Assembly: GCA_043767805.1 (NCBI GenBank)
Contig: JAYUGC010000053.1
Span: 15,064-79,063, forward strand
Source: Pseudomonadota bacterium
Lineage (GTDB): Bacteria; Bdellovibrionota; FAC87; UBA2466
Direction of reading: 5' to 3'
Length of the DNA: 64,000 nt
Positions 1 to 9,094 of the stretch are shown here, one piece after another. The stretch's first letter is position 1, and each line of letters begins with the position of its first letter. Below the pieces are notes generated by a model that made no database searches, was not told the origin of the DNA, and saw nothing but the letters and a program-made list of their open reading frames with translations. The translations under genes and the position numbers were made by a program.

Positions 1-35
1 ACGCCATTTCGCTCTACGAGCTCGCCTTCAGAAAA

Positions 36-902
36 ATGCGCCAGTTCGCCACCGGAGAGTTGCCGCACTTGAGAGAGGCCGAGATCCGTCGCGATCTAAA
101 AAAGATTTTGAGACAAGCAGGGCGCGCCGTAGGAACGGATCTTTCGCTATCTCAGCTTTTCGCTCTCGCTTTCGAAAGACTCGACGAGCTGGCCACCAGG
201 TTACTCGCTAAAACGTTTCCGCCCACGACGGGAGAAAAGCTCGGACCCTGGCGATCCCCGCCTCAGGAAACTTTTCCCGAAGAATCCGAGACAGGCGTCC
301 AGTGGTGGCTCGGTATCACCTGTGCGGTGAGAAAAAAAGGCAAGTTCAGCTGCGCCAGTGATTCCAGAAGGTTTCTCTGGGAGCCTTCAGCGCCAGCTTT
401 CACCAAGGATTTGTTCGAAGCGGTGAACAAGAGGTTCGATCGTTCTTTTTTCCCGCTCTCCGTCTTGTCTCCCGCCGCGGAAAAGTGCCGGCTCATGGGA
501 CTCACGTTAAATCTGGCGCTCCTTGGCATTCCGGACGTTCCCGAGAGCTGGCTGGAAGATCCCGAGCTCCACCCTCCGCTGCTTTCTTTCGTACGTGAGC
601 GCACGTACGAAATGGCGGTCATGCAATATTTCCTGATGCCGTTTCATCTCGTGGCGCTCAGTTACGATAGAACCCGGGAATGGCTGAAAGAGCTTTGCGC
701 TCGCACCATGATGCTGGAGACCGGTATTTTTTCGCACGGCTGGGGACCAGTCGAAAAATCCAAGCTATTCCATGCCCCCCATCTCTGGGAAAAAACCCAC
801 GACCTCACCTTCGACCCCCACGACCCACTCCACATGCCGCTCGTCTACCGAACGCTGTCCGAGATCAGGTCCGAGCTGACCCCGTTTGGCCGCGCTAGAT
901 AA
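36..902 (+). CDS. hypothetical protein (frame is open back to the window edge, may start upstream)
   Basis: 288-codon ORF with protein-like composition; no recognisable motif; no stop upstream in frame before nt 3. Confidence 0.4.
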   Translation: MRQFATGELPHLREAEIRRDLKKILRQAGRAVGTDLSLSQLFALAFERLDELATRLLAKTFPPTTGEKLGPWRSPPQETFPEESETGVQWWLGITCAVRKKGKFSCASDSRRFLWEPSAPAFTKDLFEAVNKRFDRSFFPLSVLSPAAEKCRLMGLTLNLALLGIPDVPESWLEDPELHPPLLSFVRERTYEMAVMQYFLMPFHLVALSYDRTREWLKELCARTMMLETGIFSHGWGPVEKSKLFHAPHLWEKTHDLTFDPHDPLHMPLVYRTLSEIRSELTPFGRAR

Positions 903-995
903 AGTCCGACTTCGCCCCAATATTTTTCGTCGAAGCGTCTTTAGGAGGGGCTTGCCGAGTCGTAGCCCAGCGGCCCTAAGGCCGCCAGCGAAGAA

Positions 996-1080
996 TGGTG
1001 CTCGATAGGAGATTCGAACTCCTACAGGTTTCCCTACACGGTCCTGAGCCGTGCGCGTCTACCAATTCCGCCAACCGAGC
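996..1080 (-). tRNA. tRNA-Leu (anticodon CAG)
   Basis: Reverse complement reads GCTCGGTTGGCGGAATTGGTAGACGCGCACGGCTCAGGACCGTG...GGAGTTCGAATCTCCTATCGAGCACCA. It has a 7-bp acceptor stem, a GGCGGAATTGGTAGAC D-arm typical of tRNA-Leu, an anticodon loop CT-CAG-GA, a long variable arm, a TTCGAAT T-loop and an encoded CCA. Confidence 0.85.
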
Positions 1081-1153
1081 AACACATCGGGGGCATATAA
1101 GAGATTGCCGGGCCCCCTCACAGGAACTAGGTATTTAACTGTTTCAAAAAGAT

Positions 1154-1873
1154 TTGTCCAGGATTGGGGCGGCGGCTGAAATAGTGAAACGACAGGGCTT
1201 TTTCATCTCTTTTGAAGGCGGGGAAGGGGCTGGAAAGTCCACTCAGCTTCGCCTTTTGACGGACTGGTTGCGAAAGAACGCTCAGGCTCCGATCCGCACT
1301 TTGGAACCGGGCGGCACGCCGATTGGCGAAAAAATCCGGGATCTTCTGCTCGATCCCGCCAACGGGAAGCTGTCTCCCCGAGCCGAGCTCCTCCTTTATG
1401 AGGCCGATCGCGCCCAGCACGTCCAAGAAATCATCCTTCCCAAGCTGAAGGAAGGCGCCATCCTGGTCTGCGATCGCTACGGCGATTCCTCCATGGTCTA
1501 TCAAGGGATCTGCAGGAAGCTCGGCGAGGCCCGGGTCGCCGACCTAAATCATTTCGCCACTCAAGGCATCAAGACCGATCTCACCATCGTCCTCGACCTC
1601 CCCGAAAAAGAAGGCTTGAAGCGCATCCGCCGCCGCCTCGAGGAAGACGGGGAGCTACACGGCATCCGCCGCCGGGTGAAGCTCGATCGCCTGGAGCGGG
1701 AGAAGGCCGATTTTCACCACCGGGTCCGGCTCGGATTTTTAAAGCTCGCCCGCCGCGAGCCGAAACGCATTCGCATCCTCGACGCGAGCCAAAGCGTCGA
1801 ACTAGTCTTCGAACAGGTCCGCGCGCTCGTATTGCCTGGGCTGAAAAGGAGGAAACTATGGAAAGGCGAGTAG
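1154..1873 (+). CDS. tmk: thymidylate (dTMP) kinase
   Basis: P-loop FISFEGGEGAGKST followed by a DRY motif (LVCDRYGDSS); a GTG at 1184 is an alternative start. Confidence 0.85.
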   Translation: MSRIGAAAEIVKRQGFFISFEGGEGAGKSTQLRLLTDWLRKNAQAPIRTLEPGGTPIGEKIRDLLLDPANGKLSPRAELLLYEADRAQHVQEIILPKLKEGAILVCDRYGDSSMVYQGICRKLGEARVADLNHFATQGIKTDLTIVLDLPEKEGLKRIRRRLEEDGELHGIRRRVKLDRLEREKADFHHRVRLGFLKLARREPKRIRILDASQSVELVFEQVRALVLPGLKRRKLWKGE

Positions 1874-2679
1874 GTTTGGGACTCTTGGGTCTCTCCGGTA
1901 ACGAAGGTTTGCAAAAGCGCCTCTCCAATTACCTCATGGGCGGCCGCATCCATCCCGCGCTCATACTGGCGGGTCCCGATCGCGAAGCGAAGTTCGCGCT
2001 CGCGCGCAATATCGCGAAGTTTCTCATTTGCCGGGAGCTTGGCGGCCGAGGTTTCTGCGAAACGTGCTCGGTGTGCCGCCGCATCGAGAAAGAGCTCCAT
2101 CCCGACGTGCTGACTCTGAAAGAAGAGCCGGACGAGCCCATCAAGATCGACACCATTCGCGAGATCATCCATCAGATGACGGTGAGCCCCATGGAGGCGA
2201 CCCACAAGATTTGTATTTTGGACGAGTGCCACCGCATGAACACGGCGGCGGCCAATGCCTTCTTGAAGACCCTCGAGGAACCGGGAGAGAACCGGCTCTT
2301 TCTGCTACTGACCTCTCAGCCCGGCTCGCTTTTGCCGACGATTACGTCGCGCTGTCTCGAGTTCTCCCTGAAGCCGCAAGCGATGGAAGCCGAGGTGGAG
2401 TTTCCTCCCGAGCAGGAGGCCCTGTATCGTCAGTTCCTGCAATCGGGTGACACCACGGAGCTTATCGCCGCGCTGAAAGAAAAGGAAGACGCCGTTCGCT
2501 TCGCGCGCTTTCTCCAAAAAGAATCGCGGGACGAAGCCAGTGGCGCCCAAGCCGCTCCCGATGTTTTCGATCGGTTCGAAGCGGCTCTCGAGCTCGAGGG
2601 CCGATTGCGTTCAAATGCCAACTACGGTTTAATGGTGGACGGCTTTCTCCGCTCTCATTATTTGCCTTCCGGGGTTTAA
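1858..2679 (+). CDS. holB: DNA polymerase III delta-prime subunit
   Basis: AAA-like clamp-loader motifs (ILAGPDREAKF, Zn-module CETCSVCRRI, ILDECHRMNTAAANAFLKTLEEP, TSRC sensor); overlaps the tmk stop; tmk-holB synteny. Confidence 0.8.
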   Translation: MERRVGLGLLGLSGNEGLQKRLSNYLMGGRIHPALILAGPDREAKFALARNIAKFLICRELGGRGFCETCSVCRRIEKELHPDVLTLKEEPDEPIKIDTIREIIHQMTVSPMEATHKICILDECHRMNTAAANAFLKTLEEPGENRLFLLLTSQPGSLLPTITSRCLEFSLKPQAMEAEVEFPPEQEALYRQFLQSGDTTELIAALKEKEDAVRFARFLQKESRDEASGAQAAPDVFDRFEAALELEGRLRSNANYGLMVDGFLRSHYLPSGV

Positions 2680-4227
2680 GTGGAACCTTACTACATCACG
2701 ACGCCCATCTATTACGTCACCGATGCCCCGCATATCGGCCATCTGTATTGCACCGTCGCGTGCGATATCATGGCGCGCTATCAGCGGCTTCGAGGCAAGG
2801 ACGTCTGGTTTCTCACCGGCACCGACGAGCACGGCCAGAAGATCGAAAAGAAGGCGAAAGAGAACAACGAAACACCTCGCGCTCTCGCCGATCGCGTCGT
2901 CGAGCGCTACCGCGAAGCTTGGAAAGTGTACGGGATCGAGAACGACGACTTCATTCGCACCAGCGAGCCCCGCCACATCGAAGTCGTGCAGGAGTACGTG
3001 TCTCGTCTGATGAAGACGGGCGACATTTATTTGGGCAGTTACGAAGGCTGGTACTGCGTCCCCGACGAGACGTATTGGACGGAAACCCAGCTCGTCGACG
3101 GCAAATGCCCCGACTGCGGCCGTCCCGTGGAGCGGCTGAAAGAAGAGAGCTACTTCTTCAAGATGTCGAAGTACGAAAAGGCCTTGCTCGAGCACATCGA
3201 GAAGAACCCGAGCTTCATCTTCCCCGAGTCCCGCAAGAACGAAGTCTTGGGCTTCATCAAACAAGGCTTAAAAGACATCAGCATCAGCCGCACCACCATC
3301 GAATGGGGCATTCCTATGCCGGCGGACGATAAAGCCACCAAGTCCCACAAGGTTTACGTTTGGTTCGACGCGCTTACCAACTACGTCTCTGCTTTGGCGC
3401 CTTTCGAGAAGGGCTCCAAGTTCGAAAAGTTTTGGCCGACCGCCGTGCATGTGGTGGGAAAAGACATCCTTCGCTTTCACGCGGTCTATTGGCCGACGTT
3501 CTTGATGGCCCTCGGCTTACCGTTGCCGAAGCAAATCGTCGCACACGGCTGGCTGACGCTCGCCAATAAGAAAATCGGCAAATCGCTCGGCAACGCGGTC
3601 AATCCGCTCGAGCTCGCACAAACCGTCGGCGTGGACGGCATGCGCTACTTCATGTTCCGCGAGTTCGTCTTCGGCCTCGACGGCGAATACTCCGAAGAGA
3701 CGCTCTATAACCGCGTGAACTCGGATCTCGCTAACGACTACGGCAACTGCGTGAGCCGCACCTGCGCGATGATCTTGAAATATTTCGGCGACGCGCCTTT
3801 GGACAGAACCGCGTCGCTTCAGGCGGACTCTCCGGTAAAGACCGCTGCGCTGGAAGCGCCCGCGAAATTCGTGGAATCCATGGATCAGTGGGCCTTTCAC
3901 AAAGCCCTCGAGTCCATTTGGAAGGTAGTTTCCGAAGTAAATAAGTTCATCGACGTCAGCGCGCCCTGGACGCTTGCGAAGTCGACGGCTACGGAGGACA
4001 AAGAAAAGCTCCGCATGGTCCTCGTCCATTGCCACGAAGCCTTGCGGATCGTTTCCGTCTGGTTGCACGCTTACCTTCCGGGCTCGACGACGAAGGCGCT
4101 GGAATCTCTCGGCAGCCCGCCGAGTGGCGACTGGTTGGCGAGCGGCCATTGGGGCAAGGGCCCCGCGACGGCGCAAGTTTTGAAAAGCACGCCCCTCTTT
4201 CCGCGGCTCGAATGGAAAAAAAGCTAA
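2680..4227 (+). CDS. metG: methionyl-tRNA synthetase
   Basis: Class I aaRS HIGH motif (APHIGHLY), Zn-knuckle CPDCG and KMSKS-like KIGKSLGN; GTG start directly after the holB stop. Confidence 0.9.
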   Translation: MEPYYITTPIYYVTDAPHIGHLYCTVACDIMARYQRLRGKDVWFLTGTDEHGQKIEKKAKENNETPRALADRVVERYREAWKVYGIENDDFIRTSEPRHIEVVQEYVSRLMKTGDIYLGSYEGWYCVPDETYWTETQLVDGKCPDCGRPVERLKEESYFFKMSKYEKALLEHIEKNPSFIFPESRKNEVLGFIKQGLKDISISRTTIEWGIPMPADDKATKSHKVYVWFDALTNYVSALAPFEKGSKFEKFWPTAVHVVGKDILRFHAVYWPTFLMALGLPLPKQIVAHGWLTLANKKIGKSLGNAVNPLELAQTVGVDGMRYFMFREFVFGLDGEYSEETLYNRVNSDLANDYGNCVSRTCAMILKYFGDAPLDRTASLQADSPVKTAALEAPAKFVESMDQWAFHKALESIWKVVSEVNKFIDVSAPWTLAKSTATEDKEKLRMVLVHCHEALRIVSVWLHAYLPGSTTKALESLGSPPSGDWLASGHWGKGPATAQVLKSTPLFPRLEWKKS

Positions 4228-5003
4228 ATTACGTCGACACGCATTCGCATCTGGCGCTGCTCGAGCACACGCTTCCCGAAGAGGCTCTCCTCCGTGCCCG
4301 CGCGGCGGGTGTCTCGAAGTTACTGACCGTTTCCACCAATGAGACCAGCTGGGAGCCCAATCGCCGGCTCGCCGAAGCGAACGACGGCGTGTACTACACC
4401 CTGGGCCTTCATCCCCATGACGCTCAAACTTGGACCGAGTGCGGCGGCAAGATGTTCGAGAGATTTTCGCCCTTTCCCACGGTACCCGCGAGATGTGTCG
4501 CCATCGGCGAGATGGGGCTCGATTTCCACTACGACTTTTGCCCGAAAGACATCCAGATCCACGCCTTTGAAAGTCAGCTTTCTTTCGCCGCTCAAGTAAA
4601 TCTTCCCATCATCATCCATTGCCGGGAGGCCTTCCCCGCGCTTTTCGACTCGATTCGCAACATTGGGCTGGGACCGCGATCGGGCGTGCTTCATTGTTTT
4701 ACCGGGACCGTCGCCGAGGCGAAAACCGCGCTAGATCTAGGCCTCAAGATCTCTTTCTCCGGAATTGTGACCTTCAAAACAGCCAACGAGCTGCGAGAGG
4801 CCGCGAAGATAGTGCCGCTCACCGAGATGTTCATCGAGACCGACTGCCCTTACCTCACGCCCATGCCTCACCGAGGCAAGCCAAACGAGCCCAGCTTTCT
4901 TCCTCTGACGGCCGCGCACCTCGCCGGCACCCTCGGGATACCGGTGGAAGAGATCGCTGAACAAACGACCACGAACGCGATAGAATTCTTCCAGCTCTCT
5001 TAA
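4212..5003 (+). CDS. tatD: TatD-family metal-dependent DNase/hydrolase
   Basis: Internal ATG at 4212 (MEKKLNYVDTHSHL) within the 4029 ORF; YVDTHSHL, GLHPHDA, EMGLDFHYD and IIHCREAF motifs; overlaps the metG end by 16 nt. Confidence 0.8.
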   Translation: MEKKLNYVDTHSHLALLEHTLPEEALLRARAAGVSKLLTVSTNETSWEPNRRLAEANDGVYYTLGLHPHDAQTWTECGGKMFERFSPFPTVPARCVAIGEMGLDFHYDFCPKDIQIHAFESQLSFAAQVNLPIIIHCREAFPALFDSIRNIGLGPRSGVLHCFTGTVAEAKTALDLGLKISFSGIVTFKTANELREAAKIVPLTEMFIETDCPYLTPMPHRGKPNEPSFLPLTAAHLAGTLGIPVEEIAEQTTTNAIEFFQLS

Positions 5004-5018
5004 AAGGTACCTTTTAAG
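4999..5018. repeat. perfect 20-nt palindrome CTTAAAAGGTACCTTTTAAG that includes the tatD stop codon (copy 1 of a recurrent motif)
   Basis: Read directly from the sequence; related copies occur at 37342-37367 and 60861-60887. Confidence 0.8.
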
Positions 5019-5029
5019 ATGACCTACGA

Positions 5030-5941
5030 ATGAAGAAAGTTCTCATCATCGGTGTCTCTAGTTTCGTTGGGTCAAACCTAGCGGTCGTCCTGCGCGATCA
5101 CTTTAGGATTTTCGGCACCTTTCAGCGGCACAAACCGAAGATCGACGGCGTGCCGTGCTTCTCCTATCCGATCCCGACTCAGCAAACCGTCGACGAGCTG
5201 CTGGAGCTCGTGAAGCCGGACGCGGTGATCTATTGCCCCGGCATGGCGGGCTTTCGTGAGTGCCAGGCCGATCCCTTGGGGGCGCTCCACTTGCACGCCG
5301 AGTTCCCCACTTCCATCGCCGCCCGCATGGAGGCGCGCAAGGGACAGTTCTTTTATTTTTCGACTTCCAAAGTTTTCGACGGCGAGTCGGGAACCTATCG
5401 CGAGGACGATCCGGTCAACCCTCGCACCGTGTACGGAAAAACGAAGGCGCGAGGCGAAGAGCTTTTGCAGCGCCACGCCGGAGCCGTAATTCTGCGTCTC
5501 GGTACCGTTTTCGGGCTGGGCTCTCTCGGACAGAACTCTATCTTGAACCGCACCTGGAAAGAGATCGCGACTGGAAAAGAACGCCGTTACATCTCAGACG
5601 AGTTGCGCAGCTTCTACAGCGTCGAGTATGTCGCCGCGGCCGTTCGCCACTTGCTCCAGCTCGGCCCTGAATATTCAGGCCTCTACCATTTGAGTCATTC
5701 GAAGCGGGAGAGCTATTACGGATTCGCAAAATCCCTCGCCGAGGTTTTCGGGTTACCGCAAACCAATCTCGTTCCCGTCACCGGACAGAGTTTTTCTTCC
5801 GCCACGGGAAGCGACGAAGCGCGCGGACGCGACTTGAGCCTTTCTGGGCTCACCTTCGAACGCCGTTTCGGTATCGCTTGCCCCACCCTCGAGGAGTCCC
5901 TGAGCTCCATCCGCACGAACCTTCGCCTGGGCGTCCAGTAG
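5030..5941 (+). CDS. NAD(P)-dependent epimerase/reductase, SDR family (RmlD-like)
   Basis: N-terminal Rossmann motif LIIGVSSFVGSNL; size and overall pattern of sugar-nucleotide reductases. Confidence 0.55.
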   Translation: MKKVLIIGVSSFVGSNLAVVLRDHFRIFGTFQRHKPKIDGVPCFSYPIPTQQTVDELLELVKPDAVIYCPGMAGFRECQADPLGALHLHAEFPTSIAARMEARKGQFFYFSTSKVFDGESGTYREDDPVNPRTVYGKTKARGEELLQRHAGAVILRLGTVFGLGSLGQNSILNRTWKEIATGKERRYISDELRSFYSVEYVAAAVRHLLQLGPEYSGLYHLSHSKRESYYGFAKSLAEVFGLPQTNLVPVTGQSFSSATGSDEARGRDLSLSGLTFERRFGIACPTLEESLSSIRTNLRLGVQ

Positions 5942-6062
5942 GCTGTCGCCCGTCCAAAATCTAGACGAACTTCCGTTCCTAAATGGTCAAAAAACCCTTT
6001 AGTTTCAATGGTTAACTTTGGTGCGCGGGTTGCATTGTAGGGGGGTACGAACTAACACAATT

Positions 6063-6899
6063 ATGAAATCTACTTTGAGAAACACCATGGACGCGCTTCG
6101 ATTGACCCTGATCGCCGCCCTTTTTCTCTCATTTTCCGCCCACGCTCAGCCTGAGGAAACCGCTAGAGCCATGGGCGACGTCGTGAAAATCGCCCACGCG
6201 ATTTCCATCGTTCAACCGAGCCTGGAAGAGCCTAAATACATCGAGTACGCGCTAGGCATCTACCGCGCCTCGAAAAAATACGATATTCGCCCGGGCCTCA
6301 TCATCGCGATCGCCCAGCAGGAATCGAGCTTTAAAGAGGCGCTCCCCGAAGGGAAAGCCGGAGAGCTCGGTATTACGCAGGTCTTGAAGAACTGGGCCAA
6401 TAACCCGAAATTTCGCCGCGAGTTCCCGAACGCGACCCAAAGCTCTTTCAAAAAACCCGCGGAAAGCTTCCTTTATACGGCTTGGATCTTAAGCGAGCTG
6501 AAAAAACACGAAGCTCCTGGCACTTTGCCGTTTTGGTCTTTCTACAACGCGCGCCAGTTCAAGCACCGGATCAAGTATTTCGTCCGCGTGAATAAGCACA
6601 TGGCGAAATTGAAACGTAACCTCTACCGGATCGAAGAAGCTTTGAATCCGGTCGCCGTCGCGCGGCGGGGGCAGCCCGTCCCGTCCGAGCGTACTCTCGC
6701 TTTTACTTCCAAGGCTCCGAAGGCTGCCACCAAGCCTAAATGGGTCTCAAAACCCGCGCCCTCCACCAAGATCGCGGAACAGAGACCGGTCTCGACTTAT
6801 CCCTGGCTGGCCGAAGTGCCTGCTCAAAAACCCAAGTCCAATACTTCTAAGCGCGATGCGCGCGACCTGCTCTTAAGATCTGCTTCCATGGGAGGCTGA
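6063..6899 (+). CDS. secreted lytic transglycosylase (SLT domain)
   Basis: Signal peptide (LTLIAALFLSFSAHA); SLT catalytic region AQQESSF...GELGITQV; start taken at the internal ATG at 6063. Confidence 0.6.
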   Translation: MKSTLRNTMDALRLTLIAALFLSFSAHAQPEETARAMGDVVKIAHAISIVQPSLEEPKYIEYALGIYRASKKYDIRPGLIIAIAQQESSFKEALPEGKAGELGITQVLKNWANNPKFRREFPNATQSSFKKPAESFLYTAWILSELKKHEAPGTLPFWSFYNARQFKHRIKYFVRVNKHMAKLKRNLYRIEEALNPVAVARRGQPVPSERTLAFTSKAPKAATKPKWVSKPAPSTKIAEQRPVSTYPWLAEVPAQKPKSNTSKRDARDLLLRSASMGG

Positions 6900-6903
6900 T
6901 TCC

Positions 6904-8274
6904 ATGAGAGCTCTGTTCGTCGGGATATTTCTATTTTTAACGGTGCCGGCGTTTGCCTGCCCCTTTGGGCGCCTAAGTAACTACGCCATAAATCTATTTC
7001 GAACCCTTTTTCCCGGCCCAGATCCCAACGCGCCTCAATCGGATCGCCAGTGGAACAGGCTCCGGGAAAACTGGACGAAACAAGTAAAAGAACGATTCAA
7101 GGACGTCATCCGCGATCCGAACTGGGGATATGAACGGAATCGGCGCACGGACATTCGTTTCCTCGAGGAAAACCTAGGGTTCGAGTACGACGCGGTTCAC
7201 GCCAAGATGATAGTGCCGCCTCGGGACGTTTTTCTGCGAAAGTACCGGGAGCTCATGGAACGGTACGTACGGGAAGGCATCGTCACCCCGGAAGAGGTCC
7301 TGATGCCGGGAAGTGTTTATGAATCCTTGAAAGGGGACGACGTCGGAAATCTTCATATCGTTCCCTCGGATAACCCGCCCAAGAACGGTTGGTCTCCCGT
7401 TTCCCCGTCCCCAAGCCCTCGTCTCTACACGCGCATGTTAAAAGAGGGGTTTCATCCTTTTGATGACGGCAGCTACCATGATTCGATTGGACATATGCTG
7501 GGCTTTGCCCGCTACCCGAGATACATGGCGGCGATGCGAAAGCTCGCCAGCAATGCTCCCGTCGGAGAAGGCAAACTGACTCGCGACGAGTGGACATTAC
7601 GTTACCTCTTTCTCCTCGAAGGATTTTCGTTGATGCCCGCGAGTTCGCGGCCGTTTTTGGAAACCACTTTGGCTCCCGTCTTCTCGCAGCGAAAGACGAC
7701 GGAAGTTTTCACTTTGGAAGTAGAAAATTACTACAAGGAAATGCCTGACTTCGTCGTCCGGGCACAGGCGAAAAAACTCATCTTGCTTTACGAAAAATAC
7801 GGCGAAAAGTATGCCGGGTCCGCTATGGAAATCGGAGGGATGGGGAATTACAGCGATCGAGCGGAAATGCGGCAGTCGCTCTACGGTCTCACTTCCACCG
7901 TCGCGCACTACAGCGGCCCGGAAGCTTCGAAAGACCCCAAACAGAAGGAACACTTGCTAAGAGCCATAGCCAACCTCGAAGTAGCGCTTTGGCGCTCGAG
8001 CTTCATCCCAATGGAAAAATTCGTCGAGGACTTCACCAGGCCCGATATTTCTCGCAGCAGCCCGGTCTTTGGTTATTTCGTTAGATCGGGCATTAGCCAT
8101 GACGTGCCCTTTTATTCGTACGAGCAGCAGAAGATCATCGAATCGTACGGCCTCGTCGCGCGTTCCCTTACGAAAACCACGGGACAGGAAGACATCGTGA
8201 AAGAGGCTTATTTCCAGGACTACGACAATCTCGGCCGGGATAAAAAGGGAAATATTCTCGAGGGCAGAAAATAG
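6904..8274 (+). CDS. secreted hypothetical protein
   Basis: 456-codon ORF with an N-terminal signal peptide (MRALFVGIFLFLTVPAFA); no recognised domain. Confidence 0.5.
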   Translation: MRALFVGIFLFLTVPAFACPFGRLSNYAINLFRTLFPGPDPNAPQSDRQWNRLRENWTKQVKERFKDVIRDPNWGYERNRRTDIRFLEENLGFEYDAVHAKMIVPPRDVFLRKYRELMERYVREGIVTPEEVLMPGSVYESLKGDDVGNLHIVPSDNPPKNGWSPVSPSPSPRLYTRMLKEGFHPFDDGSYHDSIGHMLGFARYPRYMAAMRKLASNAPVGEGKLTRDEWTLRYLFLLEGFSLMPASSRPFLETTLAPVFSQRKTTEVFTLEVENYYKEMPDFVVRAQAKKLILLYEKYGEKYAGSAMEIGGMGNYSDRAEMRQSLYGLTSTVAHYSGPEASKDPKQKEHLLRAIANLEVALWRSSFIPMEKFVEDFTRPDISRSSPVFGYFVRSGISHDVPFYSYEQQKIIESYGLVARSLTKTTGQEDIVKEAYFQDYDNLGRDKKGNILEGRK

Positions 8275-8362
8275 TTCTATTTCCTCGGCTCCCGCCGGAC
8301 CTACGGCGGAGCCAGGGCATAGCGCACCCGCTCACGCCAAGAGCGAAGGCCTCGCCACGCTT

Positions 8363-8968
8363 CTACCTATGTTGCGAGGGTGTGTTAAAGATTTTTTCAA
8401 AAGGCCCTAGGTTTCCGATGAGCTCCGTGTGCAGCCAAAATTGATAAAGCAGGTTCAGGCCAAACACCATACCAACGGCCCGCGGATCTATCCCGAGGCA
8501 GACGAACGGCACCAGCATCAACCACCCTCCGGTAATCCCCGCCGTCCAACCGAGGCGGTAGGCACCTGACAGCCGGAAATGCTCCGAGGAATGATGCACG
8601 AGATGACTCGCCCACGGCCAGCGCACCCTGTGCGAGAAGCGATGAACCCAGTAGTAGACGAAATCGACGGCGATAAAGAGCGCGATCCAATGCCATACCG
8701 AAATTAGCGAGAGAGTTTGCCATCGCCATTCGTAAAACCACAGTAGTTCTTGAGAAGTCATCGGCACGGTAAAAAGGTGAAAGCCTTTCCCCAAGATCGC
8801 CACGCCCAGCGTGCAAAGCGCCTCCCTGCCTCCGTAGGAAGCGCCACACACGAAAAGCAAAATCAAAGCCTCTGCCACTAGCCCAAACGTAAAGAACGGA
8901 AGCGCGTGAATGAGAACCGCGACGTTTTCCATACGTCTCACTTTAGCGAGCAATGCTGGCGGATGCAT
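8363..8968 (-). CDS. fatty acid hydroxylase / sterol desaturase family membrane protein, apparently C-terminally truncated
   Basis: His box 1 HRFSH and His box 2 HLVHH are present; the ORF stops at ...PSQHR, where the third His box (HRVHH-type) is expected, and no in-frame or frameshifted continuation exists in the 88 nt before the next gene. Confidence 0.5.
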   Translation of the reverse strand: MHPPALLAKVRRMENVAVLIHALPFFTFGLVAEALILLFVCGASYGGREALCTLGVAILGKGFHLFTVPMTSQELLWFYEWRWQTLSLISVWHWIALFIAVDFVYYWVHRFSHRVRWPWASHLVHHSSEHFRLSGAYRLGWTAGITGGWLMLVPFVCLGIDPRAVGMVFGLNLLYQFWLHTELIGNLGPFEKIFNTPSQHR

Positions 8969-9094
8969 TTCGACTGTAAGCCATTGTATTCATCTCGTTT
9001 AATACGGATTAGTGAGGGACAGATCCCGCAACAATTCGGAAAGCATTGGCCCGTAACGTAGAGGAAGTAACAACACCTAAGGAGGCAAAGTCGC

